From: the human T2T-CHM13v2.0 reference genome, Homo sapiens
Length of the DNA: 64,000 nucleotides
Reading direction: 5' to 3' (one strand)
NCBI RefSeq assembly: GCF_009914755.1
Contig: NC_060947.1
Shown: piece by piece, positions 25,013-37,576 of the stretch
Layout of the letters: each line of letters starts with the position of its first letter
Position numbering within the stretch: position 1 is the stretch's first letter
Position numbers and translations under genes: made by a program
The notes under the pieces: generated by a model
What the model saw: only the letters and a program-made list of their open reading frames with translations
What the model was told of the DNA's origin: nothing
Database searches by the model: none

Positions 25013-26695
25013 CCTCTTCTTCCTTCCCCTCCCCTCCCTTCCCCTCCTCTCCCTTCCCTTCCCCTCCCCTCTCCTCCCCTCCCTTCCCTTCCCCTCTCCT
25101 CCCCTCCCTTCCCCTCCCCTCCCCTCCCTTCCCCTCCCCTCTCCTCCCCTCCCTTCCCCTCCCCTCTCCTCCCCCCTTCCCCTCCCCTCTCCTCCCCCCT
25201 TCCCCTCCCCTCCCCCCTTCCCCTCCCCTCTCCTCCCCACTTCCCCTCCCCTCTCCTCCCCCCTTCCCCTCCCCTCTCCTCCCCCCTTCCCCTGCCCTCT
25301 CCTCCCCCTCTTCCCCTGCCCTCTCCTCCCCCCCTTCCCCTCCCCTCTCCTCCCTTCCTTTCCCCTCCTCTTCCATTCCCTTCTTTCCTCCCATCCCCTC
25401 CTCCCTTCCCCTCCCTTCCCTTCCCTTCCCCTCCCTTCCCCTCCCTTCCCCTCCCTTCCCCTGCCCTCCCCTCCCCTCCCCTTCCTTCTCCTCCCCTCCC
25501 CTCCCTTCCCCTCCCCCCTCCCCTTTCCTCTGCTCCCTTCCCCTCCCCTCTCCTCCCCCCTTCCCCGCCCCTTCCCTTCCCTTCTTTCCTCCCATCCCCT
25601 CCTCCCCTCCCTTCCCCTCCCCTCCCTTCCCCTCCCCTCCTTTCCCCTCCCCTCCTTTCCCCTCTCCTCCCCTCCCCTCCCCTCCTTTCCCTCCCCCTCC
25701 CCTCCTCTCCCTTCCCCTCCCCTCCTCTCCCTTCCCCTCCCTTCCCCTCCCCTCCCCTCCCCTCCTTTCCCTTCCCCTCCCCTCCTCTCCCTTCCCCTCC
25801 CCCCCTCCCCTCCCTTCCCTTCCCCTCCCCTCTCCTCCCTTCCCCTCCCCCCTCCCCTCCCTTCCCCTCCCCCCTCCCCTTTCCTCCACTCCCTTCCCCT
25901 CCCCCTCCTCCCCCCTTCCCCTCCCTTCCCCTCCCCCCTCCCCTCCCTTCCCCTCCCCCCTCCCCTTTCCTCCACTCCCTTCCCCTCCCCTCTCCTCCCC
26001 CCTTCCCCTCCCCTTCCCTTCCCTTCTTTCCTCCCATCCCCTCCTCCCCTCCCCTCCCTTCCCCTCCCCTCCATTCCCCTCCCCTCCCCTCCTTTCCCCT
26101 CTCCTCCCCTCCCCTCCCCTCCTTTCCCTTCCCCTCCCCTCCTCTCCCTTCCCCTCCCCTCCTCTCCCTTCCCCTCCCTTCCCCTCCCCTCCCCTCCTTT
26201 CCCTTCCCCTCCCCTCCTCTCCCTTCCCCTCCCCTCCTCTCCCTTCCCCTCCCCCCTCCCCTCCCTTCCCTTCCCCTCCCCTCTCCTCCCCCTTCGCCTC
26301 CCCTCCCCTCCCTTCCCTTCCCCTCCCCTCCCTTCCCCTCCCCCTCCCCTTTCCTCCACTCCCTTCCCCTCCCCTCTCCTCCCCCCTTCCCCTCCCCTTC
26401 CCTTCCCTTCTTTCCTCCTATCCCCTCCTCCCCTCCCCTCCCTTCCCCTCCCCCCTCCCCTTTCCTCCGCTCCCTTCCCCTCCCCCTCCTCCCCCCTTCC
26501 CCTCCCCTTCCCTTCCCTTCTTTCCTCCCATCCCCTCCTCCCCTCCCCTCCCTTCCCCTCCCCTCCCCTCCTTTCCCTTCCCCTCCCCTCCTCTCCCTTC
26601 CCCTCCCTTCCCCTCCATTCCCCTCCCTTCCCCTCCCCTCCTCTCCCTTCCCCTCCCTTCCCCTCCATTCCCCTCCCTTCCCCTCCCCTCCCCTT

Positions 26696-26697
<2 letters not shown>
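25013..26697. repeat. ~1.7-kb almost pure polypyrimidine tract of CCCCT/CCCTT pentamers (AGGGG/AAGGG on the - strand)
   Basis: Nearly only C and T; abuts the poly(T) end of an antisense Alu at 26696. Confidence 0.97.
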
Positions 26698-26985
<288 letters not shown>

Positions 26986-27272
26986 AATCACAGACTTTTA
27001 TGTCTCACGGTTCTGGAGGCTGAGAGTCCAAGATCAATGAGTGGGAGGTTCAGTGTCTAGTGAGGACCCGCTTGCTGGTTCACAGGTGGTTCCTTCTGGC
27101 TGTGTCCTCACATGGTGGAAGGGGTGAGAGAGCTCTCTGGGGCCTGTCTTCTAAGAGCACAAATCCCACTCATGACCTAACCACCTCCTAAAAGCACCAC
27201 CTCTAATACTCTTGCAGTGGGAACTGAGTTTGAACTTGAGTTTTGGAAGGACAGAAACATGGAAGGCATAGC
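26986..27272 (-). mobile_element. MaLR LTR fragment (MLT1A/MST-like)
   Basis: TCTCACGGTTCTGGAGGCTGAGAGTCCAAGATCAA...GTGTCCTCACATGGTGGAAGGGG. Confidence 0.75.
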
Positions 27273-27494
27273 AACCCTCTTACACAGCCCGGCCCCTCTG
27301 AAGCCTGCCTGGGTTCACAGAATGTTCCGTCTTCCTCAGGCCCCTGGTGTGTTGGCTTTCTCCTTTGTTGATAGCTGATGTTGAGCAATGCAAGATTTCT
27401 GTTCTGATTATCTGACCCTGGATATCCAGTTTGGGGACTTGTGACATATTTGGGACGTCAGAAGCACGTACCTCTCACATAGAGCATGGCATAC

Positions 27495-28755
27495 TTAATA
27501 AACAATAAATTATAATAAAAAATGAATAATGCATTATAAATTATCATTACTTATTTATTTATTTATTGGAGACAGAGTCTCGCTCTGTTGCCCAGGATGG
27601 AGTGCAGTGGCGCCATCTTCGCTCACTGCAACCTCTGCCTCCTGGGTTCAAGTGATTCTCGGGCCTGCCTCAGCCTCCTGAGTAGCTGGGACTATAGGCA
27701 CCCACCTCCACACCCGGCTAGTTTTTTGTCTTTTTAGTAGAGACGGGGTTTCACCATGCTGGCCAGGCTGGTCTTTTTTTTGTTTTGTTTTGACATGGAG
27801 TCTCGCTCTGTCAACCAGGCTGGAGTGCAGTGGCACGGTCTCACTGCAAGCCCCACCTCCCAGGTTCACGCCATTCTCCTGCCACAGCCTCCCGAGTAGC
27901 TGGTAGCTGGGACTACAGGTGCCCACCACCACGCCCGGCTGATTATTTTTTGTATTTTAGTAAAGACGGGGTTTCATCGTGTTAGCCAGGATGGTCTCGA
28001 TCTCCTGACCTCATCATCCGCACATCTCGGCCTCCCAAAGTGCTGGGATTACAGGCATGAGCCACCGGGCCCGGCCCCAGGCTGGTCTTGAACTCCTGAC
28101 CTTGTGATCTGCCCGCCTTGGCCCTCCAAAGTGCTGGCATTACAGACGTGAGCCACCGCACCTGGCCTCATTTATTATTTTGTAATCACATTATAAATTG
28201 TCATTTATTATTTCATAATTACATTATAAATGATCATTTCAGAATTACATTATATATTTTCATTTATTTCATAATTACACTATAGATTATCATTTATTAT
28301 TCCACAATTACGTTATAAATTATGATTATATTATACAATAGCATTTGCTTCATAATTACATTAGATTATCATTTATTTTTAAATTACATTATATTTATTT
28401 CATAATTACATTATAAATTATCTTATAATTAGAAATGATCATTTATTTCATAATTGCAATATAAATTATTATTAATTTCATAATACCATTGTAAGTTATC
28501 ATTTATTATTTCATAATTACATTATGTAATGGTATGCGTTAATAATTATTAATATACAATTAATAATTATTAACCATTCAATTAATAGTTAATGAACTAG
28601 CAATTTATATGTAATTCTATAATTACGTCATAGAATATGATATCTAATTTATACATAAATTATATTATTCAAGTATATTACCCATAATTTGCAAGTATAG
28701 TATAGAATCCCGTTATAGGATCCTATTACATTTTAGAATTTTGTTATATATATTT
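27495..28755. repeat. Degenerate AT-rich repeat (TTATTTCATAATTACATTATAAATTATCA, ~30 bp) interrupted by nested antisense Alus (~27560-28170)
   Basis: CATAATTACATTAT recurs many times at 28180-28560. Confidence 0.8.
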
Positions 28756-28869
28756 GACTCTACAATTGGAATTTAGACCCCACACCGGCCCCCCTCCTGT
28801 TTGGCTTAAGGGCTATGACCACAGACCCTGGCCCAAGTACCTCCCCTGGTTACCCGCAGGCAGGTGGCA

Positions 28870-30240
28870 CCATGGGGGCGGGGCGGACTCGCGCACGCGC
28901 AGTGCAAAAGGTCGGGCTCCCGGAAGTCCCTCCTCCCGGGGGCGGAGCCAGGGCAAGAAGGAGAAACCCGGTGCTGCCGCGCGGCCTCTTCCGCGAGCCC
29001 GCGCGCCGGAAGTGGAAATGCGTCATAGAGGGCGGGCGGCGACGGCGGTGGCGGCGTCGGAGGCGCCTCCGGGGGACGGTGGCGGCTCCCGGCGGTGAGG
29101 CCGCGCCTGTCCGGGGATCGTCGAGGGACGGCGGGAGCTTGGGCCAGCGGCGGCGGCGGCCTGGGACGCAGGCGGAGCCCCGCGCAGGTGAGTGCCGCCC
29201 CCGTGCCTCCCGGGCCTGGCTGCAGCCGGCGAACGCTTCGCTCCTAGGGCCGGGCCCGGGGGGCCGGGGCTTGGGAGGCGGCGCCTAGGGGTCTCGGAGG
29301 TGACGGGGCTGGGGTTGGGGGGCGTGGGGTGCCACCGGGGGGCTGGGAGCGCCTGAAACTGTACGGGGGAATCGGGGGCTGGGGAGGTCTGCGGTCGGGG
29401 TCCGGGGGTCCCTGGAAGTAGGGGTAGGGGCTGGAGCGGTTCCTGGGACTGCACCGAAGGAGCTGAGGCCTGGAGCGGTGTCGGAGGGCTGGGAGCTCGG
29501 GGGATCGGATGGGCGGGAGACTAGGAGGCCTGGGACTAGGGGACGTGGCGCTGCGGTCGCTCCTAGGTCTACAGTGGGAAGCAAGGGGCTGTCCGGGGTT
29601 TTCGGAGGCTGGGGCGGTGCTGTGTAGGTTGGGGTATTGGGGCTCATCCAGGAGGGTGGTGGGGAGCGGGGAACTGAGGAGCTGAGGGTGCCGAGTGGCC
29701 AAGGGCCTGAGAATGTGTGGGGCCCTGCCAGGGGTGCCAGCGGCAGCCTGAGGCCATGCTGGGGGGCTGCGGTAGGTGGGAATACCAGGGGCAATGCCGC
29801 GTACTGGGGATTGGGCAGCCAGGTGTACCGGGGTGGTCGGAGGGCGCTGGAGGCCAGAGTGGGGAGGGTTCCTCGGTGGTGAAGTTGCTGGGGCCGCTTG
29901 GGTTCTGGGGGAGGGTTCACTGGTCTCTGTCCAGACTGGAGCCCCTCCCTGGTGCCCCACTGACCTTTTCTGGTCGCTTCTCCACCCTCCCTCCCTTCTT
30001 TCGCACCTCCCACCTCGGGCTTGGGCGAGGAGGCCGTCTCCTGGGCCTGGCAGGAAGCCTCCAGGTTGATGGGGTGGGCGGCCGGGCCGGAGGCGGTCAC
30101 CTGAGATGGTTGGGTTTCTGCGAGTGAAGCTTCCTCTACTTGGACTTGGCCGTCAGGAAGTGGCTGCCCGTCAGCTCAGCAGGGAAGAGGTGGGTTAATG
30201 AAGGTGGGCGGAGAAAGAAGGCGCAGACGGGGGACTCCGG
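28870..30240 (+). promoter_or_regulatory. AKAP17A: AKAP17A CpG-island, TATA-less promoter
   Basis: High CpG density; GC box GGGGCGGGGC at ~28875; NRF1 consensus CGCGCACGCGCA at 28890-28901; ETS/GABP CCGGAAGT at 28920-28927 and 29006-29013. Confidence 0.88.
29012..29187 (+). other. AKAP17A: AKAP17A exon 1 (5' UTR; start approximate)
   Basis: Consensus donor CAG|GTGAGT at 29187/29188 just downstream of the promoter motifs. Confidence 0.82.
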
Positions 30241-30880
30241 CCCCTAACTTGTGGAAAGTTCGTTGTACTTTTTGGCTTTGAGTGGGTTAAAGCTGGGATA
30301 CGTTTGGCCTTCGTGGAGATTACTAGGGTTCATGGTTCTGGATTGTTGTTGCAGCCCGAGACTTCCTGTTTTATCAGGGCAAGTACAGGGCCGCCGCCCC
30401 CTCCACAAAACCTTTCCAGATGCCTGCAGCTGTGCTCTCCCTGGCCCCTTCCCTTCCCCAGTGTCTCTCTGCCCCTTCCCGTGGAGCTAGGCGTTTGTAG
30501 CGTCCCCGTTCCTACTTGACCTGTGTGAGGGGCCTGGTCGTGCTCAGCTTCCTATTCTGCAGGCCTTGGGAGCTGCTGGCTGCTGGATGTAGGGTGTCGG
30601 GCAGTGCTGACCGAGGCTTTGACACTAACCTGTTCTTTATCAGCTCGGCTCTTTCCCCTTTGGTGTACTCTTAATGATTTCAAAAAGTAAAGAACTCCGT
30701 TGAGATGGCTGTTAACAAAGTGGAAACCGGTCTCTGACACGGCAGAGAGACACTGCTGTTTCTCTTCTCCGGGTCCAGAAAGTGCCTGCTGGCTTGGCCC
30801 CTCCTCATTGGCGGGGGAGGTGGGGGGTGCTGGTGCTGACTGTCTGCGTCTTATGTTTCAGGCCCAAGGTCCCGGAGGCT

Positions 30881-31642
30881 ATGGCAGCGGCTACCATCGT
30901 GCACGACACGTCTGAGGCCGTGGAGCTCTGCCCTGCTTACGGCTTGTACCTGAAGCCCATCACCAAGATGACCATCAGCGTGGCACTCCCGCAGCTGAAG
31001 CAGCCGGGGAAGTCCATCTCCAACTGGGAGGTGATGGAGAGGCTGAAGGGCATGGTGCAGAACCACCAGTTCTCCACGCTGCGTATTTCCAAGAGCACCA
31101 TGGACTTCATCCGCTTCGAGGGGGAGGTGGAGAACAAGAGCCTGGTCAAGTCTTTTCTGGCCTGCCTGGACGGCAAGACCATCAAGCTCAGCGGCTTCTC
31201 CGACATCCTGAAGGTGCGCGCGGCCGAGTTCAAGATCGACTTCCCCACCCGCCACGACTGGGACTCCTTCTTCCGCGACGCCAAGGACATGAACGAGACC
31301 CTGCCGGGGGAGCGGCCGGACACCATCCACCTGGAGGGGCTGCCCTGCAAGTGGTTCGCCCTGAAGGAGTCGGGCTCCGAGAAGCCCAGCGAGGACGTCC
31401 TGGTCAAGGTGTTTGAGAAGTTCGGGGAGATCCGGAATGTGGACATCCCCATGCTGGACCCCTACCGGGAGGAGATGACGGGCCGCAACTTCCACACCTT
31501 CAGTTTCGGGGGGCACTTGAACTTCGAGGCCTATGTGCAGTACCGTGAGTACATGGGCTTCATCCAGGCCATGAGCGCCCTGCGCGGGATGAAACTCATG
31601 TACAAGGGCGAGGACGGCAAGGCCGTGGCCTGCAACATCAAG
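30881..31642 (+). CDS. AKAP17A: AKAP17A exon 2 coding part (aa 1-254; exon begins at 30862); N-terminal and RRM-like region
   Basis: Acceptor TTTCAG|G at 30861/2; ATG at 30881 MAAATIVHDTSEAVELCPAYGLYLKP; donor AAG|GTGAGT; 762 nt, phase 0. Confidence 0.97.
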
Positions 31643-32773
31643 GTGAGTCCTGGGCACCGAGAGAGCCACGCGCTTCCTCCCTCTGGCGACTTTCTTCCAG
31701 CAGGGTCAGCAGAACGCTCCCAGCCACACCCCTGAGGCTGTGGGGACCTCCCCTAAGTAAAATGGCAGCAACAGTCCTGTGCCTGTCCAATTTCAGAGGC
31801 ACAGGCGTGAGGTGGAGTAGGGGTCCCGTGCTGTGGTTTTGGAAATTTGGTATCTTAAGGAAGATGTGGGGGAGACACAGGTCATATAGTAGGTGAGGGA
31901 TGGAGCCTCAGGAACTCTGACAGGGATTTGAACCGTGTCAGAACCAAGAGAACCCGGCCTTCCCAGAATGCACCTTGAAACCAGGGCTGAACGTTCCCTT
32001 TAGCCTCATGTGCTTTTTTATTTTTTTTATTTTTTTTATTTTTATTTTTTTTTCGAGGCAGAGTCTCGATCTGTTTCCTGGACTGGAGTGCAGTGGCGCA
32101 ATCTTTGCTCAGTGCATCCTCCGCCTCCTGGGTTCGAGCGATTCTTCTGCCTCAGCCTCCCGAGTAGCTGGGACTACAGGCGCGTGCCATCACACCTGGC
32201 TAATTTTTGTATTTTTAGTAGAAACAGGGTTTTGCCGTATTGGCCAGGCTGGTCTCGAACTCCTGACCTCATGAACTGCCTGCCTCGCCCTCCCAAAGTG
32301 CTGGGATTACAGGCGTGAGCCACTGCGCTCAGCCTAGCCTCGTGTTTTGACCGTGTTGGCTTCACAGTGACAAATGAGCCAGCCTCCTGGAGGGGGTTTT
32401 GTGGCCTTAAGATGTGCCCTGTGGGTGTGGGCAGGCGGCCTGCTCAGTGACTGTGGCCACAGGGAATGGTGGAGCCGGGTAGCGGAAGGGGAGCTGTGTC
32501 TCGCAGCGGTGGCGTGTCACTTGTGTTCAGTAAGTGGCGAGGGCTAGTTGGTGTTCCTCGCTGAGTCGTAACTCCGTGGGATGAGCTAAGTCTTGAGCCA
32601 CTGATGGTGACTTGAAGGGATTGGTTTGGCTTCTGGGCTCCACTGTCTGGTGAGCGGTGAGCGGGCGCTCAGGCTCTGAGGCCACTCGGCCCTACGGCCC
32701 AGGAGAGGGCGCCTGGCCGTGTGTCTGGGGGGTTTTGGGGGAAGGCCATCTGACACTGTTTTTGCTTTTAAAG

Positions 32774-32922
32774 GTTTCTTTTGATTCGACCAAACACCTG
32801 AGTGATGCCTCAATTAAGAAGCGGCAGCTGGAGAGGCAGAAGCTTCAGGAACTGGAGCAGCAAAGAGAAGAACAAAAGCGCAGAGAGAAGGAAGCGGAGG
32901 AGAGGCAGCGAGCGGAGGAAAG
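32774..32922 (+). CDS. AKAP17A: AKAP17A exon 3 (VSFDSTKHLSDASIKKRQLERQKLQE..., coiled coil)
   Basis: Acceptor TTTTAAAG|GTT; donor AAG|GTACCT; 149 nt, phase 0 to 2. Confidence 0.96.
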
Positions 32923-32984
32923 GTACCTTCTGCGGGAGCGGGCCCTCGGCGCTGGTGTCCGGCACCTGGGAGTGTGCGCAGACC

Positions 32985-33345
32985 CGTGTGCGTGTGTCTG
33001 CATGTATTCCTGTGCGTGTGTGTGTGCATGCATGCTTGTGAGCTTGTGTGTGTACCTGTGTGCATGGACGCACGTGTGCCTGTGAACCGGTGTGTGTACT
33101 TTGTATGTCTCTATGTGCGCCCGAGTGTGTGCCTGAGCATCTGTGTGCACGTGTGCCTGTGTGTGCGTGCATGTGTGTGAGCTCGTGTGTGTACCTGTGT
33201 GTGTATGTGCACGTGTGCCCACATGTGTGTGCTTCTGTATCGGCACATAGCACACATGTGCCTGTGTGCATGCGTGTGTGCCTGTGAACCCGTGTGTGTA
33301 CTTGTGTGTGCACGTATGGGTGTGTGTGCAGGCCTGTGGGTGCTC
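32985..33345. repeat. TG-rich degenerate microsatellite at the start of AKAP17A intron 3
   Basis: TGTGTG/TGCATG/TGTGCA runs. Confidence 0.85.
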
Positions 33346-33804
33346 AGCTGTGCACGTGAGGACCTGCGTGAGTGGCTGTTTGAGACGCAGCAGAATATGA
33401 ATGTTTCTCTTTTTCTTGTCACACGTCGTGGTCTGACACGATCTCTGCCGGCTCCCAGGACCGCGCCTTGCCCGAAGAGCCACCTCTTCTCCCTCCACAT
33501 GCTGTTCACACCTCCCGCTGAAACAAGCAGAATGCCTTGGCTGTTTGCAAGTTTGCATTTAGGTTGAGGCTACATTTACAAAATGAAGTAGAGGGTTGAT
33601 GGTGATGGCCAGATTTAAAAAAAAAAAAAAAAAACAAAAAACCAATGATAGGACAAAAACCCGGTTTCACATAAGAGGCCTTTAAAGCAATTGCCTGGGT
33701 CGTTCACTGTGGTTGGGGTACCAGAGACAACCTCAGGTCACTCTTTGTAGCCCCTTTTATCTTCTTAGCATTGCAGGAGGGAACCAACAACTTTCTGTGA
33801 ATCC

Positions 33805-34300
33805 CCTGAGGCGGAATCCTCCTCCTCCTCCTCCTCCTCCATCCCTCCCACCCTCCTAGTGAGGCGGAATCCTCCTCTTCCTTCTCCATCACTCCCACCC
33901 TCCTAGTGAGGTGGATTCCTCCTCCTCCTCCTCCATCCCTCCCACCCTCCTAGTGAGGTGGATTCCTCCTCCTCCTCCTCCATCCCTCCCACCCTCCTAG
34001 TGAGGTGGATTCCTCCTCCTCCTCCTCCATCCCTCCCACCCTCCTAGTGAGGTGGATTCCTCCTCCTCCTCCTCCATCTCTCCCACCCTCCTAGTGAGGT
34101 GGATTCCTCCTCCTCCTCCTCCATCCCTCCCACCCTCCTAGTGAGGTGGATTCCTCCTCCTCCTCCATCCCTCCCACCCTCCTAGTGAGGTGGATTCCTC
34201 CTCCTCCTTCTCCATCCCTCCCACCCTCCTAGTGAGGTGGATTCCTCCTCCTCCTTCTCCATCCCTCCCACCCTCCTAGTGAGGCGGAATCCTCCTCCTC
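33805..34300. repeat. 47-bp VNTR, ~10.5 copies, in AKAP17A intron 3
   Basis: CCTAGTGAGGTGGATTCCTCCTCCTCCTCCTCCATCCCTCCCACCCT; TAGTGAG at 33857, 33904, 33951, 33998 and onward. Confidence 0.95.
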
Positions 34301-36560
34301 CTACTCCTCTTCGTCCTCCGTCCCTCCCGCTGTGTCCTCTGACGACTTTGGTGCGTCCTGCACGTCTGTTGCGCTTCATGTCGCCGATATCAAGTCTGGG
34401 ACGTGTTGGACTTGGCTGGGGGGCTCCTGGACAGCCTCTGGTGGGACCGAGTTGGTCCGTTTTGTTTCCATTTCTCACTGCTTTATGTGACGCTGGTGCC
34501 AGCGTGTTGATGTGTGTGGCTGGTGATGTTTGCACGAGAGTCCCGGCACTGAACTCCTGGGAGCAGGTCCATCCTGCCCGTGGTGTTCTTTACGTAGCCC
34601 CCGTTGCCTCCCCAGGGGAGAGTCGGGTTGTCAGCCTCTGAATCTGAACCCCGAGGGCTCCTTAGGTGAGGCAGGTGCAGTGTGTAAGCGAGTGGCCGTG
34701 AATGTGCTGGGGGGGCCCATGTCAGCCGTCAGGATTCCCAGGACCTAAGGCAGGCAGCACAGAGAGGCAGACGCCCTGGGAGGGAGGGACATGCTGCTGC
34801 GTCGCCATCCTGGGAGGCGGTCCCTGGGAGGGGCGGTTCGGATGTGGGGTTGAGTCCGGGTCCCCTGTGTCAGCCGCTGTCAGGCCGAGCAGGACAGCTG
34901 GGGTGGGAGACAGTCCTGGGGCGTTACAGGGACTCTTCCAGGCTGCAGACACAGCCCAGGCCTGGCTGAATGTGCCTGTCCACATTCTGGAAGTGTGGAG
35001 TGGGACTCAGAGCCTCGGACCTCTCGGTGTCGCAGGAGTGTCCCCGCAACATTTCAGAAAGCAGCTTGCGGGTGCGGAGAAGAAGCTGCATCCTTGATCT
35101 TTCCCTGAGGAGAGATGGACGTTGGAGTAGTGGAGTGTGTCTCTGCAGGGAAGGGACCCCGTCTGCCTGGCCAGACCACAGAGGGATTGGGGGAAGCGGG
35201 GCCGGGCCATGAGGTTCTCGAGAGCAGGATGGGGTGTCCAGAGCCCCGGGGAGGGGCAGGCCTGTTGTCTGGGGGAGCTGGCCAGGAGGGCTCCACACGC
35301 AGGGCCGTACTTGTCCCCGCTGTCCCCCACTGTCCTTCCTCAGAGGCTGAGCATGAGGGGAGGCCCAGGGCAGCCTCCTGCATTTCTTTCTGGTGGGTGG
35401 AGATGAGGCATGTTTGCTTGTTCAGCCCTCACGTGTAACTTTGAGCTTGATGAGAGCTGTCCTCTGAAAGCTGCCCAGCCTCGAGGCGTCGCTGTGGGTC
35501 CCGCCTAAGGGCGTGCTGTGTGCTGGGCTGCCCTGAGCCGCCCTCCGAGCTCGTGGGGCGGTGACAGCTCACAGGGCGGTTAAACCTTCAGCACATGAAA
35601 CTGCCTGAGGACCTGCATGCCCCGCCCGGAGACCGTGTGGATCACTGTCTGGGCGTCGGCACCTGGCCCGGCCCCCTTCTTGGGGTGGCAGAGCGTGGGA
35701 TGCCTTTTCTCCCGGCCTGCTCCTCCTTGTCCCCGTGTCTCCTCTCGCCTTGGTGTCTGCGTGGGTCTGTGTCACCCCGGCGGGCTTTGTGGCCTCACTA
35801 GGCGGTTGGCGGCGCCCACCCGGGCTTCAGAAGTCTCCGCCTCCGTGTCGTGTTCCATAGGAACAGCTGCGACTTGTTCCCATGTCCGGTGTTGGTTGAA
35901 ATGCATTTGAGAGCTGCGGGGCGGGGGAGGCTGAGCTAGGGAACTCCCCACTGTCTCTTGTGGACTCTCTCTGGGGACCGCGCCCCTCCCCGGCCGCATT
36001 CATCCTCACTTCCTGGACACCCCTCTCCACAGGAAAAGTGCAAGGAGCTGAGTGGCGTGGCTGTGGTTGGATTTGTTTAGAGAGAGGTCCCCCCGTGCCA
36101 GTGCTGTGTGGTGCCCTCACAGGAGTCCTGCACAACAAGGAGTCACCCAGCGCGGTTCCTGGTGGGCAGAACCGGCGTCCTCCGCGCCGCTGTGCATCCC
36201 GGGGCCTTGTTGGGCCTGCTGGGGTTCCTCTTTCACCCGTCCGTCTGCCCATCCGTCTTTCCCCTGACTGGGGGCGTGGCTTTTGATGTGGTCGGTCCAG
36301 TGGTCGTTTTCTTCGTGGTTTCAGGGTTGGGTCACACTTAGCAGGACGGTGTGTTGGAAGGTCACGGAGGTCCTCGCCCGGCTCACTCCTTCCACCTCTC
36401 GGGCTGCTTTGAGTCAACCGAGGTCCACCTTGGGATAAAGAGTTAAATGCTTAATCGTTGGACCGTGGCCTGTTCCGCCGTGTGTGGAAAGCCGCTTGTA
36501 TGGTGTGTGGTGTGTTGGCTGCGGCGCTCTCTGTGACCACCCCCGGTGTGTTCCACACAG

Positions 36561-36801
36561 GAAACAAAAGGAGCTGGAAGAGCTGGAGCGAGAGAGGAAA
36601 AGAGAAGAGAAGCTTCGCAAGAGGGAGCAGAAGCAGAGGGACCGTGAGCTGCGCCGGAATCAGAAGAAGCTGGAGAAGCTGCAGGCGGAGGAGCAGAAGC
36701 AGCTGCAGGAGAAGATCAAGCTGGAGGAGCGCAAGCTGCTGCTGGCCCAGAGGAACCTGCAGTCCATCCGGCTCATCGCCGAGCTGCTCAGCAGAGCCAA
36801 G
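36561..36801 (+). CDS. AKAP17A: AKAP17A exon 4 (KQKELEELERERKREEKLRKR...LIAELLSRAK)
   Basis: Acceptor CACACAG|G; donor AAG|GTACCC; 241 nt restores phase 0 (384 codons cumulative). Confidence 0.96.
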
Positions 36802-37506
36802 GTACCCGGGGGCTCCCTCTGCAGCCGCCAGCCGCACCCGGGCTGCCCTCAGTGCCCTCCCCTGAAATGCGGGCGGCGTCACGGCGCCGTTTCCCCGCCG
36901 GCTGCAGCTGTAGCTACGAAACCAGCTTTAATGCCGAGGATGACGGCTCCTTCCCGGGAGGGTGTAGCGCTCGTCTGTCGTTCCCGATGATTTCAGAGCT
37001 GTGACGGTTTCCTTTTGCAAAGCTGGTGCATTCAGGTTCCCCGAGCAGGCTGGCAGCCTCCCGGGGGCCAGGGCAGAGGCTCTCTGTTTCCTTTGGGTCG
37101 GGGCAGTGGCAGAGAGTGCAGGGGGCCGCTCCCTCTGGCCCGCGCCTCTGTGTGTGGTCAGCTGGCCTGGCTGTGACCTCACCAGTGGCCCAGAGCAGAG
37201 GGGCAAGGTGGGCTGGGGGGAGGGCTGAGCGCACAGAGGGGGCCTGCCGTGGGCCCGGGTCCCTCCTCCGCAGCGTGAACCTGACAGGTCTCACCAGCGC
37301 CGGTACTGACGACCCCCTCAGCACCAAGAGCCTCCCTGCTCCTCCTGCAGGCGCGACTGGTAACTCCCATGAGCCCGGGGCCAGGGCCCACAGACAGACA
37401 GACCTCCCCAGGACAGACGTCCCCGGCACGCTCCTTGTCCTCAGGAGGGCTGCGTCCCCCTGGAGTCCAACGCGGGGCGACCCCATAACCTGTTGTCTGA
37501 TTACAG

Positions 37507-37576
37507 TTGTGATAAGTCCCCGGGAAGGAGCATGACAAGAGGCTGAGACATGTGGCAGCCCAGTCCTTACCTCATG
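37507..37576 (+). other. AKAP17A: AKAP17A alternative stop-containing (poison) exon, 70 nt, giving a 385-aa product
   Basis: Acceptor TGTTGTCTGATTACAG|TTG TGA TAA; donor ATG|GTGAAT; 384+1 aa equals the short XE7 isoform length as I recall it. Confidence 0.78.

Noticed and set aside
30782-30880. N-terminal extension of AKAP17A from the GTG at 30782
   Set aside because: It lies mostly in intron 1, upstream of the acceptor at 30861; ATG 30881 gives the 695-aa protein
30851-31669. 272-aa antisense ORF over exon 2 (also the 447-aa antisense ORF at 37804-39147)
   Set aside because: Shadow ORFs expected from high GC and third-position GC content; no independent gene signals
33805-34300. PRDM9 13-mer motif in the 47-bp VNTR
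   Set aside because: The best match I found (CCTCCATCCCTCC) misses the CCNCCNTNNCCNC consensus, and C-rich DNA gives near-matches by chance
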